Positions 21,149 to 33,404 of a stretch of 64,000 nt of DNA are shown piece by piece (the stretch's first letter is position 1; every line of letters starts with the position of its first letter). The translations under genes and the position numbers were made by a program. This DNA is from Basidiobolus meristosporus CBS 931.73 (Eukaryota > Fungi > Basidiobolomycota), in NCBI GenBank assembly GCA_002104905.1, contig MCFE01000123.1, positions 1 to 64,000 of the forward strand, given 5' to 3'. Below the pieces are notes generated by a model that was not told the origin of the DNA, made no database searches, and worked only from the letters and a program-made list of their open reading frames with translations.

Positions 21149-23608
21149 ATGGGTGGGAATAAAGGGCGCAAGAGCAAGTCAAGCCTTAGCAATGATCTCG
21201 AACGCAAGACGTTGCGATACATCGAGGAGTACCAATCTATCAACAACTTGGTCCTAGAAGCGATCGATTTGTATTCTGCCATCGAGTACCTTCAGAGTGC
21301 CGATTTCGGGATGAGACGTATGAAAAGGAATAGCTTGGAAAAAATCGTTGGCAACGTGTTAAGCCACATGAAAGCTGCCCAGGAGAGTGAGCCGCTCCCT
21401 CCTGCGGATGGGGAGGGGGAGGAGGGGGAGGACTCCAAGGAAGATCTCTCGGCTGACTCCGAGTTCGAAGATCTGAAGGGCATCAAAACTATGGAGGTGA
21501 AAGATGGCAACGCAATGAACAAATCCATTCTAAACATATGGAGCCAACATATGGCTAGCAGTGCTCCTTCTTCTCCTAGGTCCGAGGTCTCCCAGACAGT
21601 TGAATCCGATAAGAACACTGACCCCCTCCAAACCCCTCAAACCAAGAAGAAACGCCCTCGTGTCTCCACCGATAGGGAGGTGAAGAGAACCAAGTCTATG
21701 GACAAGTCTGAGAAGCATGCTCCACCCACCGCTCGTTTAGCGGACCTTGGTGGAGTGGAATCGTGCATCGAAGAAGTCTTGGAATTGGTGGCTATGCCAC
21801 TTGCCCACCCGGAGGTTTACGTTCACACTGGTGTACAGCCACCGCGAGGAATTCTTCTTCATGGCCCACCAGGGTGTGGTAAAACCCTCCTGGCTAATGC
21901 AATTGCCGGGGAGATGGGCGTGCCATTCCTCACCATTTCTGCGCCTTCCGTAGTGTCTGGAATGTCCGGCGAATCCGAGAAGAAGATCCGGGATATATTC
22001 CAAGAAGCCGCCGAGATAGCCCCTTGCATTTTGTTCATCGATGAAATCGACGCCATCACTCCTAAGCGTGAGAACGCGCAGCGCGAGATGGAAAGAAGAA
22101 TTGTGGCCCAGCTGCTAACCTGCATGGACGATCTCTCCTTGGAGAAGACCAACAACAAAGCTGTGCTTATCATCGGCGCTACCAACAGACCCGACTCTTT
22201 AGACTCGGCATTGCGTCGTGCCGGCAGATTCGACCGGGAAATCTGTTTGAACGTGCCCGACGAAGAGGCCAGAGAGAAGATCCTTCGGGTGTTGTCAGCA
22301 AAGCTGCGATTATCCGGGGATTTCGACTTCCCCACTCTCGCGAAAATGACCCCTGGTTACGTTGGAGCCGATCTTAACTCATTAACCTGCGCCGCTGGTA
22401 TGGTCGCTGTCAAGCGCATCTTCAAGACGATGCAGAGCCAGATGATCCAGCAGAGTAGTGTAGAGCATGATGATGGAACAAGCATGGAGATGGACATCGA
22501 GCGTCCGGCGGAGGAAATGGAGGCGGCCGGCACCAACAAGCCAGAAACCGAGGAGGCCCTCAAACAGCTCAGATCCATCTCCTCTTTCCTAGCCACCCAT
22601 CCCAATCCATTAACCCCAGAGGAGTTGGAGCCTCTCTCAATCAACATGGACGACTTCAGGGAGGCGCTCACCAAAATCCAGCCCTCCTCTAAGCGTGAAG
22701 GCTTTGCCACGGTTCCTGACGTCACCTGGAATGACATTGGCGCACTGCAATACGTCCGTGATGAGCTCCGCATGGCGGTTGTGGAGCCCATCAAGCACCC
22801 CGAGTTCTTCGTTCGTGTGGGAATCAATGCCCCTGCCGGAGTTCTTCTGTGGGGGCCACCTGGTTGCGGCAAGACTCTTTTGGCCAAGGCGGTTGCCAAC
22901 GAGAGTCACACCAACTTCATCTCGGTCAAGGGCCCAGAGCTACTCAACAAGTATGTGGGTGAGAGTGAGCGCGCTGTAAGACAGGTGTTTGCCAGAGCTA
23001 GAGCTTCCTCGCCCTGCGTAGTATTTTTCGACGAGTTGGATGCTCTGTGCGCCCGTCGTGATGACTCCCAATCAGAAGCCTCGGCCAGAGTGGTCAACAC
23101 CCTGTTGACCGAACTGGATGGTGTGGAGAATCGGGCCCAGGTGTTTGTCATCGCCGCGACCAATCGACCAGACATCATCGACCCAGCGATGTTACGTCCC
23201 GGCAGATTGGACAAGCTGCTCTACGTGGAACTGCCCACACCCGAGGAGCGTTGCGAGATTCTCAAAACATTGGCCAAGAAGACCCCACTCGACGGAAGCG
23301 TCCACTTCGAGGAGATCGCCCAGGATGCACGCTGCGAAGGATTCAGTGGTGCGGATCTGGCCTCCTTGGTGCGAGAGTCGGCGGTGGCTGCACTTCGAAG
23401 CACCTTCTACGCCGGAGGGACATTCGCCCCCACGGAAGCGGCCGAAGAGATCAGGGTCGGCAAGCACCACTTCGAGATCGCCTTCTCCAAGGCGGCCCCC
23501 TCAGTCTCCAAATCCGACAAGCGTCAGTACGATGCGCTGCGCAAACGATTCGGCTGCGAGAAGCCGGTCCCCGAAGTGGCCACCCACCCAGACACTCCCG
23601 TATCATAA
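21149..23608 (+). CDS. rix7: Ribosome-biogenesis AAA+ ATPase Rix7/NVL
   Basis: Two AAA domains (Walker A GPPGCGKT x2; Walker B LFIDEID and VFFDELD) with Rix7-type SGMSGESEKKIR and YVGESERAVRQVF. Likely start MGGNKGRK at 21149 (ORF track starts at 20972). Confidence 0.92.
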   Translation: MGGNKGRKSKSSLSNDLERKTLRYIEEYQSINNLVLEAIDLYSAIEYLQSADFGMRRMKRNSLEKIVGNVLSHMKAAQESEPLPPADGEGEEGEDSKEDLSADSEFEDLKGIKTMEVKDGNAMNKSILNIWSQHMASSAPSSPRSEVSQTVESDKNTDPLQTPQTKKKRPRVSTDREVKRTKSMDKSEKHAPPTARLADLGGVESCIEEVLELVAMPLAHPEVYVHTGVQPPRGILLHGPPGCGKTLLANAIAGEMGVPFLTISAPSVVSGMSGESEKKIRDIFQEAAEIAPCILFIDEIDAITPKRENAQREMERRIVAQLLTCMDDLSLEKTNNKAVLIIGATNRPDSLDSALRRAGRFDREICLNVPDEEAREKILRVLSAKLRLSGDFDFPTLAKMTPGYVGADLNSLTCAAGMVAVKRIFKTMQSQMIQQSSVEHDDGTSMEMDIERPAEEMEAAGTNKPETEEALKQLRSISSFLATHPNPLTPEELEPLSINMDDFREALTKIQPSSKREGFATVPDVTWNDIGALQYVRDELRMAVVEPIKHPEFFVRVGINAPAGVLLWGPPGCGKTLLAKAVANESHTNFISVKGPELLNKYVGESERAVRQVFARARASSPCVVFFDELDALCARRDDSQSEASARVVNTLLTELDGVENRAQVFVIAATNRPDIIDPAMLRPGRLDKLLYVELPTPEERCEILKTLAKKTPLDGSVHFEEIAQDARCEGFSGADLASLVRESAVAALRSTFYAGGTFAPTEAAEEIRVGKHHFEIAFSKAAPSVSKSDKRQYDALRKRFGCEKPVPEVATHPDTPVS

Positions 23609-24082
23609 TAGAGAAGGCGCCGTCGCTTGTCTTACGTAGGTTATTCCCGCTCACCGTACTCCTCTAGAATACATACACTTCCCAATCTTCACCACCCTGA
23701 CCCGCGTCTTGATGCCTTCAAATGTAAATTAATCTATCGATCTTTGTTGACCTTTGTTTTGATCCTATGGTGATCCAACAATAAATATCTCCTCATCATG
23801 AGTCAATCGCCAACAGCCTGATCCCCCCGATAAGGGCGATTGTCAATCGGGAACTAGAACAACCCATTGGGACCGGAATCCCAACCCACGGGCAGCTGGG
23901 ATTGGCCAGAGGGTGCGAGAGTGCCAGAGGCAGGAGCAGTGACTGAGATTTGGGTAACGGGAGCCGTAGGAATTTTTTTCAACGAGAATTCCAGTCAAGG
24001 AAAAAAATTCCATGCAAAAGGGGTCGTCGCCGTACGGAGGCCTCCTTCGTCCTTCACCGAAGAACTCCCACCTCCCTTCGCC

Positions 24083-25288
24083 ATGCCACCCAAGAAAGCC
24101 CCGGTCGCCACCCCCACCGCCCGTTTCGGCCGAGTGAAGAACAACCTGAAGATGGGTGTCGTCGGACTTCCCAACGTCGGCAAATCCAGTCTCTTCAACC
24201 TCTTGACCTCCCAGTCCGCCGCCGCCGAGAACTTCCCTTTCTGTACCATCGAGCCCAACGAGGCCCGTTGCCCGGTGCCCGATGAGCGTTACGACTTCCT
24301 GTGCGACCTCTGGAAGCCTCCTTCCACCCAGCCAGCCTATCTGTTCGTCACCGACATCGCCGGGTTGATTCGTGGGGCCAGCGAGGGTGCCGGTCTCGGA
24401 AACGCCTTCCTTTCCCACATCCAGGCCGTCGACGGCATCTACCACGTGATCCGTGTGTTCGAGGACGGGGACATCGTCCACGTCGACGACACCATCGACC
24501 CTATCCGTGACTTGGAAACCATCCAAGGGGAACTCTGCAAGAAGGACCTGGAGATCGTCCAGAAGGCCATCAGCGCCGAGGAGCTGGCCGTCCGCAAGGC
24601 CGGTGGCAAGATCAAGATCTCCCCCCTCTTCCACAGCACCATGGACAAGATCGTCGACATGTTGAACAACAACGTGCCCATCCGCAGTGGGGAGTGGAGC
24701 TCCGCCGAGGTGGAGTTGATCAACGAGAAGGCCAGACTCATCACCACCAAGCCCATCGTCTACCTGGTCAACATGAGCCAGGCCGATTACGTTCGCAAGA
24801 AGAACAAGTGGCTGTTGAAGATCCGCAACTGGATCGACGAGCACGGTGGCGGCGTCATGATCCCCTTCTCCGTCGACTTCGAGCAGCAGTTGTGGGCCCT
24901 CAGAGACGACCCAGTGCAACAGGCCGAGTTCGCCAAGGAGACCGGCGCCCTTACCGCCCTCCCCAAGATGATCACCACTGGCTACAAGGAGCTCAACCTG
25001 ATCTACTTCTTCACCACCGGTGACAAGGAGGTCCGTGCTTGGACCGTCTACAACGGTGCCCCCGCCCCCGAGGCGGCCAGCGTCATCCACACCGACTTCC
25101 AGAAGGCCTTCGTCAAGGCGGAAGTGGTGTCCTACGAGGACTACAAGAGCCTCTGCAATGGCCAAAAGGGTATGGCCGCCGTCAAGGCCGCTGGCAAGTA
25201 CCGTATCGAAGGAAAGACCTACATCGTTCGTGACGGAGACATCATCCACTTCCAGATCGGCACCTTGACCGCATCCAAGAAAAAATGA
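24083..25288 (+). CDS. ola1: Obg-like ATPase Ola1/YchF
   Basis: G1 GVVGLPNVGKS, G2 FPFCTIEP, G3 DIAG, non-canonical G4 VNMS and C-terminal TGS domain. Start MPPKK at 24083; intronless. Confidence 0.95.
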   Translation: MPPKKAPVATPTARFGRVKNNLKMGVVGLPNVGKSSLFNLLTSQSAAAENFPFCTIEPNEARCPVPDERYDFLCDLWKPPSTQPAYLFVTDIAGLIRGASEGAGLGNAFLSHIQAVDGIYHVIRVFEDGDIVHVDDTIDPIRDLETIQGELCKKDLEIVQKAISAEELAVRKAGGKIKISPLFHSTMDKIVDMLNNNVPIRSGEWSSAEVELINEKARLITTKPIVYLVNMSQADYVRKKNKWLLKIRNWIDEHGGGVMIPFSVDFEQQLWALRDDPVQQAEFAKETGALTALPKMITTGYKELNLIYFFTTGDKEVRAWTVYNGAPAPEAASVIHTDFQKAFVKAEVVSYEDYKSLCNGQKGMAAVKAAGKYRIEGKTYIVRDGDIIHFQIGTLTASKKK

Positions 25289-25486
25289 TTCTCTCTTCTG
25301 TTCCCTGCCCTCTCCTCTCTCCCTTCATCACTTAATTCCTCGTTGACCTGTCCTGACCCGATCCCACAGGAACAACCAAAACAATCCCCCCCCAATAAAC
25401 TGTTAATAGAGAGATTTATTTTTTTTCTTTTGTTGTGGAAGCATTCATGCCGATGCCCGTGGCCTGGCTCCGGCTCAGGCTCAGGC

Positions 25487-26730
25487 TCAAGGATGGATCG
25501 CGTCCGCTTCGGATTCTAATTCTATCTCTACTTTGTCATATTTCGCTATCTTGGGCGCGGCCCGGGCCCCGATCCAAAAGAACCCGGTCACCCCCATGAC
25601 CACGATCGCGGTGGAGATGGCCTTCTCCCGCGTGAAGCACTGGTGCGTGTCCCTGGAGCAGAAGGCGAACGAGCTGGCCAGGAACACCGAGATTGCCCTC
25701 AACGCCTGCAGAACCCCGGTGCTCACCGCCCCGACCGACCCCAGTAGCCGGAAGTAGGTGAAGCTGTGTCCGAAGCTGGCGAGCACGAGCAGCCCGTAGC
25801 AGATGGAGATGTGCACCGGGTTCCCGCCGTGGGTTTCAATGGGTTGCCTCACGAGGCTCTCCCATCGGGGCACCGTGTAGGCGAGGATGTACGTCCAGCA
25901 CATTCCTCCCCCCAGTATCCCCACCCAGGTGCAGATCTCCTCCGGGGTGGGCGCCCCAGGCTTCGACACCACCTTCTCGTTGGTAACGTATACGCTGGCG
26001 AACATTAGGGTGCAGCTGAACACCAGCAGGGACCCCATGAGCACATCTGAAACAAACCGTGTTAGGTAAGCCCACCATTAAGCGGTCCGCCCTCTAGTGA
26101 ACAGTACGTACCACCATCTTCGCCTGAACGAGAGGTTCCCAGCGCACTCAGGCCAAGCCCTAGGGTGATGACCAACAGGGAGAGCCACTGGAGGAGCGAC
26201 AGCTGCCGTTTCAATATCACCCTGGAGAGCAGGGCGGTGAACACGACCACCGAGGAGTAGATCACCTGGAATATCTAGAGAAGGGTGGAAGGGAGGGGGT
26301 GGGAGGTTCGGGCGGTGGCCCAAGAAGTAAAGGTCAACTTAGGTCCGGTGCGGGTGGTCCAAGCAAAAGTGAGCGGTCAAAACAACTACGACTACGACTA
26401 CGACTACGACTACCCCGCTCAAGTAAAATATGAAACGTCAAGTACCCCGCTTCCCACCAAGAACAACCCCGCCGCGGCGAATACGTTCCCCCCGAAGTCG
26501 AACAGCGCCACCGTCACCACGGGTAGCCAAGGGAACCGGCTGTTCGTCACCGGTCGGGCCTCCTCCTGTCGAGGGATGAGGTAGTTGACCAAGGTCATGC
26601 CTACGTAGTTCGCCCCGATCGTGAGGAACGACAGCTTGTCGGCGGCCCCTTGGTAGAACAGCCATTGGGTGGAGAGCGTCTGGAACACGCCGGTGAACAG
26701 AAATAGCGCCTGGTGAAGTAGTACGTTCAT
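25487..26730 (-). CDS. Drug/metabolite transporter superfamily protein (EamA/SLC35 nucleotide-sugar-transporter-like), 3 exons, ~335 aa
   Basis: Exons 26730-26446, 26274-26112 and 26046-25487 join in frame through GT-AG introns. Product is multi-helix hydrophobic with IFQVIYSSVVVFTALLSRVILKRQLSLLQW and GAVSTGVLQALRAISVF motifs. Confidence 0.8.
26385..26413. repeat. (ACTACG)n microsatellite in intron 1 of the DMT gene
   Basis: actacg x4 plus actac, read directly. Confidence 0.9.
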
Positions 26731-27129
26731 AACCTAGTTAGCCAAGGGGCGTTCGGCCCCTGGGCGCCCAATTTAAACCCACCTCCTCGCCCTTGGGCCC
26801 TCGGAAAATCTCCCCTTGCTCGCTTTGCCAATCCGCTGTCCACGTTTGATTCAGCCATTTCCACCTATCCGCCATCTTCACCCCCTCGATTCGATCCCCC
26901 CCCCTCCCCCACACCCGCACCCACACCCACACCTACTCGGTGCCACCAATTTCTTCCATCTCCTCCCCGACCCAGGCCAACACTCGGTCCGGATCTCCCC
27001 ACCCCACCTGAGCCGGTAAATCCTGGGCCCAACAAGCGGTCACCAATACCATCATACCATCCTATGAAGCCCAAGAAATACCAAGTGGCTATTGCCACCA
27101 TTTCAAATATTGATCAATCACACGAAGTT

Positions 27130-28900
27130 TAATTACTGATCGGATCCGGTAACAGTGCACTAGATAAGATAAGCGGATTTTGGGCATTTGGCCGCCATTT
27201 TGTGAGCAAATTTGATCCACTTCTGGTCAGATCAAAGCCGGTCACTTTGTGGTGGAGCAGGTGTTTCCTTTCTTCCACTTGGCGGCCTACTTCTTCTCGC
27301 CTGCCCCGTTACTCTCCCTGCTTCCGATCAGGAATCCCTCTTCTCTCATGTACTGTATATTTGCGGTGCTTTGGACACTATCGGGTCTTTGTATGGTGTG
27401 GCATCAACGATGGTTCATCTGGTTTCCCTCTTCTGGAGCAGTAGGAACATCTTTCCTACCATTATTTTGTGGAGTCTTCAAGCAGGGATATGTTTTTCTC
27501 ACTCCAATTACATCTGTTGGTGAGTCCAGACTCAGTTCCAGTCATAGTGAGCAAGAGCCATGTTTCATTTAACTTCCATGTTCCTTGCAAGTGCCCCAAC
27601 TTGCATTTTTTGGTGCCAGGGACTGGCTAATGTGTATTTCAAAGGCTTGCTGCTCTGTGATAGAGTTCTAATTATGTGGCACATGTTGTGAATCTTGTAG
27701 CTACACCAAAATATTCCATTAGCCTAGTCACTGGAGGTGTCTTTTATGAGTCTTTTGGTCTACAGACCCAACTCCTTATAGGGACTCCAACAATTGTACC
27801 AAAATATCTGGTGCCCAAGATATCAGAGTTTGAGAAGCTGTCCAAAGATCCTCTAACTATCCACACATGCTCATGGGACCTTCCTAAGCATACCTTACAA
27901 GTCTTTCTGTGAATGACCTTGCCAAAGCATATATGCCACTTGTAAATTCAATGAATCAGTAAGTAAAGCAATAAAATCTACTTGCTTTCCCAATGACCTG
28001 CAACAACTCCAAGCTGTTACAACAGGATATAAGCCCTTAAACTGTGAGTCTTTGTAGTATCCACTACTGCAATAACTGAAACTTGCTCACATGTTGAAGC
28101 ATTAGATGGATGTAACCACCAGGTTTGGAAAATGATGATGCAGATGATACTACGTAATAGAGATCTTGGGATATTGCCAGGGGGGATTATTGGCCTCCCA
28201 AAGGTGTTGGACATGAAGTCCTCAAATGTTGGAGGAAAGAATAGGTGTTGTGCACTAGCATACAAAACTTGGGCAATCTCACTGAGCTTGTAGATTCAGT
28301 ACTCTCAATGATTGTGCCCAAACCAAAAGTAGCATGCTGGTCACAGTTGATTTTTATCTGCTTTGTCATCTATTCTCATGTGATCATTACTCTATCAACT
28401 CATCAGCCATACCACTTGTTGCAATTAGCCCTCTGATATCCATCCAATAATATATTGATAGCCAAGGCATCAGCTGATTGATGATGAAGCTCATATTTTC
28501 CTCATGTACTATTCAAATTACTGCTTAATCTAAATTGTTAATACATTTCCCTAACACTGATTAACTCAACTTGATCAGAAGCATAAATGTAGTCAACTAA
28601 ATCTTGTGCTTATCATGTGTCTCAACAAGATCCAGAGCTCCACAAGCTCATCTTAGTTACTACCCAAGCCTGATAAACCAAGCGCTCATAGTGCATCAAG
28701 CCCTGCTTGCATAGCAATTTAACCTAGTAGCACCATAGGCAACTCAGCTATATACAGACCAATGTTGGGCCAGAACATCTCTGCTAATATTGCTGCTACA
28801 CTCTAACAAATGAAATATTTTGCACTGAATTATTCTGTTGGCTCAGTAATTACATTCAAGGGCTTTTGTTGCACCTTTCTCTTTGAAAACGTGTAAGGTA
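27130..28900 (-). pseudogene. Degenerate, stop-riddled ORF remnant, probably an unassigned DNA transposon
   Basis: Minus-strand frames give protein-like text broken by TGA/TAA/TAG, ending in a knuckle-like RCSYCS...H...CP motif (~27330-27420). CpG-depleted. Family not recognised. Confidence 0.3.
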
Positions 28901-28969
28901 TTGTTAAATCAACTTACGTCCAACCCAACCTTGTCTTACAAAACTGATTAGCTATATATTAGGGCTGTT

Positions 28970-30110
28970 TCAAGCGCTCTGAAAATACAGGAAGTGATTG
29001 GAAAAACATGTACATTAAATGGTTTTCACTTAATGACTGAATGAGTGTAAACTAATACTTATACTTTTACATGATCTTGGTAAGACAATCACATAAATTA
29101 TGCTCAGGTTGGTCCCAAGAACATGTGTGCAAAGTTTGGGGCTGTTTGTAGAACTTTGAGAAATACAATGCTCTGTATATCTGATGTTTTAGTAAAATAT
29201 TCCAAGTCAGTCTCAAAAGGGAATTTGGTCAGAATTCTCCAAGATTTGTAAGTAACAATCTTGGTGACTAAGTTAGGCAAGCTTTTAGGTGGAATTACAA
29301 ACTTTTAAGACTCTCCCACTCAACTAAGTACTCATATTCACAAATCCCAATTGCAATCTAGGATATTCACATTTGTCTCTAGCTAGTAGTTTGTTAAGAA
29401 TGTCTGTATATATTTCATAGTGGGACAGTAAGTTGTGTTAACTGAGTTGTGCTCTGGAGCTTCTTGTATAAAGCAATGTGTAATATATATGAGCTGAGTT
29501 TGTGCATGAAAAGTTGGATCTCCACCTAATTCTATATGTCCTTGATTATCTGCAATAATCAAGTCAACACTTTTGACATAAGCCCCAGTCTGTGAAAAGC
29601 TTTCTTAGCCACAAAGCTACTTTTGTGGCTTTACAGGCTACCACATACTCTTTCTCAGTGGTGAAAAGTGCTACAGCTGGTTGCTCTCTTGAATTCCATG
29701 AAATTGCTCCTATAGAGTATGGATAGGTGAATACTGTGAGGATCATCTGCCTTCTGAATTTTGTCACCAATCAGTGTAAGAGCAGCCCACAAGATCCTGT
29801 TCTGAATCCTTATAGGTGTACCTTAGGCAGATATCAGCAGATCTTTTTATATATCTAAAAATCTGGCTAACTGCTACAATATGATCAGATAGATAAATTT
29901 GATTATACTCACTGACAACCCCAACTGCAAATGAGATGTCTGGACATATTACTGACTGAGTATATATTCAACTGCTGGCCAAAGATGGGCCAGGAAATTT
30001 TGGGCTTTTAGATGGCACCAGGCTTGGGTGATTTGGTTACACTTTGACCAGGTTAAGGTTTGTCTTGATTGGAGTAACTGAGAGTTAACAGTCTTCAACA
30101 ATATACTTAG
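28970..30110 (-). mobile_element. Ty1/copia family 1 remnant: 3' LTR, polypurine tract and RT/RNase H end
   Basis: LTR-homologous sequence at ~28970-29312, PPT (reverse complement of ctcccactca), ORF fragment GAISWNSREQPAVALFTTEKEYVVA. Confidence 0.82.
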
Positions 30111-30149
30111 ACTAGCTTAGGGTGCTAGTCCCCTATCAATATAATTTGG

Positions 30150-30950
30150 TCCTGAGGTGGATCCAATCCAGATAAGCCATCAAGGTTCCATTGGGAGACT
30201 GCAATAATACCAGCAGCTTGGAATTAATGACCATCTACAAGTTCTTATAATGGGATTACATTAGCATTTGGCTAATTTTGAAGCCAAATAAGGTTAAGAA
30301 ACATAACATTATCTGTACAGTTTTTGCCAAGGGTGGAATGGCATTGCTGTGGTCTTAGTGTGCTCTACAACTATGTGAGTCAATCCAACTGGCCAGTACA
30401 TCCAATTACCTTATATGGCAAAAAATCTGACAATGTTTTCATGACTTCATTGCAAGCCTCTGATGGCATTAGTATGGCAGTATGGCGGCTACAGCTAGTT
30501 CTGTAAAATGCTACCATACCAATTTACCAAATGGTATTTTCTTTCTCTACCTCCCCTTGTGCAATTCATATATTACACTATAGAGTCACCCCTATTTATT
30601 TGCTTACCCACTACTACCTTGGCTATTCCACATGTAGTTCAAATCAAAAAAAACTATGGCCTCTTGTTTACTAACCTCTTCAAATGCAAACACCTGCCAC
30701 AATTGACATACTTCTATCACCTCAACTTTATGCACTTTAGTGTTTAACTTGCAGAGTTACCATATACCTTGTACTGCTGGTAACATATACATCTTGCAAG
30801 CATATGCTTGGTTGCCACCACTTCTGCCATGAATACCTCCTGAATATTTGCAAAGAACTTTTTAGTATTTAGCCAATATATTTCTTCTCCCTGCTAGATT
30901 CTAGTCCCCCTTATAGGTGCACTTTGGCTCTTATTTGTGGGAATTATGTA
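30150..30950 (-). mobile_element. Highly decayed Ty3/gypsy RT-RNase H remnant
   Basis: Minus-strand fragments resemble KYLG, FELHV(DAS)KVxVG and (N)xxxDFL motifs, with many stops and frameshifts. Confidence 0.4.
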
Positions 30951-32102
30951 TTAGACTTGTTCCATTGTACCGTGCCAGGGCACGTGGTGCAATCTGCGGT
31001 TGTAAAGAACAATTGGCACGCTATAATAGCTACTAGAAGGCAGGATTGTTCTTGGACAATTTTGCACTATGCGGGATGATCTTGCACACTATGGCACAAT
31101 CTGACACGATGAGGTTGGCACGGATGATTGCGCCAACCTGTAATGTTTGCATCATGTGCGCAATCAGATACCGCTATTATGGCAGGTAAAATCTGGTATT
31201 TGGATAGGTTTCTTTAATGTAAATGGAAATAAATGTGTATCACACTATAAACTATACTGATACTTACCATTTTGGTTACCCTCACTCCAATTGGATGGTA
31301 TCTCAGTGGTTAATTGGTCCAAAAGTATCCTGAAGCTGGCAGCCCCCAATTGGCTCATTGACTACTGAAAAAGCTACCTGATTTGCCATCAAATATCCCA
31401 TTTTGTCCATTGAGCAAGTAAATCCCTGATCCTAGTGATTGGACAAGGTGTCATAGCCAGCATGCCAGCAATTGTGTAGGTGCAAAACAGATCCAATAGC
31501 TGCACTGGTATTACAGATGACATATATATATGCAAGGTGTTTATTTATAGGGGTTCTGTCTCAAATGTGAGACGACCTTGATATTACTTATATGAAAAAT
31601 TTGATGATCACTGATTTGCAATGGCTGGATTTGGACCGCAAAAAAATGGGTTGTTGGGATCATTACAAATGTGAGCAATTTAAAGCAAATGCATCATCTT
31701 CTCCTGGGTTTTTTTCTCACAGGGATTACTACTGAAGCATTTGGTAGTGACTCACTTTGCACACCTATACTACTTCCTGGCTGACTATCATCTTGGCTAC
31801 TTGTGTATTCATAGTCAGTATTTTGCCTCCTAGTTGATGAGTGCAATGCTGCAGCTTGGCCACGCTGAATTGCTCCAACTGTACCAGCTGAACCAGCCTG
31901 TAGTGCCACATGCTGACGCATTCTTTTACTTGCTAAGGGCTCCAGTGGTTGAGGCACTTCATGTTGGTCATCATCAGTCAGTTCACCAGAAGTAACTTGC
32001 TGATGGTCAGGCAAAACAGCACGCGCAGGCGTGCCTTGATGAGTTGAGATGGCCCTTGGCTGAGTTCAATGTGATGCTGCATGTTGACGCAACTCAGTCC
32101 GC

Positions 32103-33173
32103 TGTGGTGGTGTATAAGTCCAAGGGAGAGATACGTCCAACACTTCTCAAGTGTTTTGTGTGTGGGGCGTTCACTGGGTGCGATAACCTCTGGCAAAAGC
32201 TTGCTAGGAATACTTGGGTTCTGTCTCTAATCTAATGTGAAGGGGGATAAAGCCACAAGCTTGTCAAGGGAAAACTATTGAGCTACAATTCCCAACTTAG
32301 TTGGCGTCTTAACAAAAGTATGTGCTGGGTTCAGCATCCTTTGAGATGACAATGTACTAAAGCTTCCAAAGTCAAAACAACTGTAAACTCCACCAGCAGG
32401 GACTTGATAAGAATGCAGCTGTGGTCAATAGTTACAAAGACAGAAAAGTATCTTTGCCTGTACAAGAACAAACTTGGGAAAGAATCAAATATAATAAAAG
32501 ATACCTACTCTGAGTATTCCTCACAAGTAGTGCCTCCAAGGTCAGTTGGCTGTCAGCGCGGTTTCCTGGGGGTGTCCTGTGGTCTAGGGTTGGAAGTTCA
32601 GGTAGCAGCAGGTAGCAGTGATCACACTAATCAACAAGTCGGTATATTGATAAAAGGGATGATGATTTATTGTTGAGGGATAGCCTCCCTTATATACTTT
32701 TTTCACTGGCTAAGTGATTACTAAACATGGTGTTCCAGAAGGTTCCAGAGATCAATAGAAATCTTAATGACATCAGAATGACCTAAGAATGTTCTAAGTA
32801 GGTGCCGGAAGGTTCTAAGAGGCACAGCACATCCAACCAATCAGGAATCAGTATTCTGAAACCTGTGTAACATGGGGATACCATATATGGCATGGAAATG
32901 GTAGGGATGGTGACACGGGCTGATCATGTGTCACGGGTACTGGCGCAGGTACTTGCCTAATATAGAAGTACTTATAGCTAGTAATCTTACATAAAGTGAG
33001 GGGTAACTTATGCAATAAGGTAAGCAGGTGTGATAGTCAACTGGCTTATGGGATAGTACTGATTGGGTAAGACAAATGGGATAAAACTAAAATAAGTGTA
33101 GTAGAGATATAGGGAAGTAGAAAATAAGGGAATGAGCACATCTGTCAGTGGGTGTCACTGTCACCCCACTACA
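32103..33173 (-). mobile_element. Solo LTR (Ty3-like, 1071 bp) nested in ORF1 of transposon copy A
   Basis: TGTGGTGG...CCACTACA termini; 4-bp TSD ccgc/ccac; absent from copy C, where the site reads ggtccgctccaatgg. TATA- and AATAAA-like motifs on the minus strand. Confidence 0.8.
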
Positions 33174-33404
33174 CCACTCCAATGGACTTGTGTCTAAATG
33201 AGCAGTTTGGCAAGTTCTCATAGTTTTGCTCTGAAGCACGCACGTTGACCCAATGCGCACTGACTCAATGCGGGGCGTTCTGGTAAAGGGTGTTGGCATG
33301 GTCTGGACTGACATGTGCCGGCCCGTTGTGGTTGCAGGAGATGGTAGGGAATCCAGTGAGGCGTGCTGGTGCAATCTGGACAATGTTGCTTGCGGTCTGT
33401 ATTC

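Noticed and set aside
23843-25249. 468-aa minus-strand ORF
   Set aside because: Antisense shadow of the strongly codon-biased ola1; no recognisable motifs.
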